Positions 63,251 through 64,000 of a stretch of 64,000 nt of DNA are shown here, piece by piece (position 1 is the stretch's first letter; each line of letters begins with the position of its first letter). Below the pieces are notes generated by a model, which was given only the letters and a program-made list of their open reading frames with translations, did not search any database and was not told the origin of the DNA. The DNA lies in assembly GCF_009914755.1 (NCBI RefSeq), contig NC_060947.1. One strand, given 5' to 3'. Source of the stretch: the human T2T-CHM13v2.0 reference genome, Homo sapiens. Made by a program: the position numbers and the translations under genes.

Positions 63251-64000
63251 ATTTAAACTTTTCACATCCTTGTTGGGGGTTTTAAGACCATCCTGTAAAC
63301 AACTGATGAAGCAAGTCTACTTTTCCAGGTGAGAGTGTGTCAAATGCTTGTATACATGTGACCTAGTCAGATGTCTATTCCGTTTCTACTTCATAAAATT
63401 CCCGTGTGCTATTTTGAGGGTTCTGCTACTGTTAAAAAAGCACTGGAATAAACTTTTCTTTAAAAAGTTGGTAGATTTTTTCCTTGCAAAATCATCTGAG
63501 CCAGCTGCATTCTTCAAGTTGGTAGAGTTTGTAATTTTTGTTTTGTTTTTGTTTCTCAAGCATTTTTGCATATTATTTCAAGAAAAAGGGTTACAGATTG
63601 TATGTCTTTTTGGATCAATTTTAACCAATTATATAATCCTGAATATCTACTTTTTAAAATATGTTCATTTATTTGTGAACTCATGAGTATGTCACTGAAT
63701 ATATCATATTTTTTACTGTTTCTCTCCTTACCATTTCTTAATATTTACTTGTGGCTTTTTCCTCTTTATGTGTGTGCATATAGTTTAGAAGATCATATAT
63801 TGCTTGCTCCAAAAATCATATTTGAGATTTTATAGTTCTACATTATCTTTTCTACATATCTTTTTCTGTTTTTGTCTTTCTGTTGTCTTCAGGGTTGGCT
63901 TGACTATACTAATTTTGGGTTTCAGGATCAATTCACTCACTTCCATTCTTTGATTTAAAGTTTTATAGGTAGAAGAGAAAGTAGATGTTTGTAAAGGGCT

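Noticed and set aside
62467-63265. Long R/E/G-rich and L/S/P-rich ORFs
   Set aside because: Artefacts of the stop-free polypurine tract.

Overview
This is AT-rich primate (human-like) genomic DNA, dense in interspersed repeats, with no host protein-coding exon I can recognise, so it is probably intergenic or deep intronic. Its centrepiece is a full-length LINE-1, most likely L1PA2 (~10834-16842, + strand). The element has an intact 1274-aa ORF2, an intact antisense ORF0, an ORF1 split by a 5-bp deletion, and a ~49-bp 3' transduction lying inside the target-site duplication. About 1.7-6.5 kb upstream is a ~4.8-kb composite tandem-repeat domain that I cannot assign to a family. It consists of a 30-bp minisatellite with 11 AP-1 (TGAGTCA) sites, followed by a very degenerate ~33-bp AT-rich array containing an inverted AluY pair. 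The rest is Alus, older L1 fragments, MaLR/ERV LTRs (THE1, MST, MLT1, MLT2), DNA-transposon relics, long (TATC)n microsatellites and a 650-bp polypurine tract. Subfamily names come from my recall of consensus sequences, not from a database search, and boundaries of old elements are approximate. I see no solid evidence of a new multi-gene system; the findings are structural or regulatory leads.
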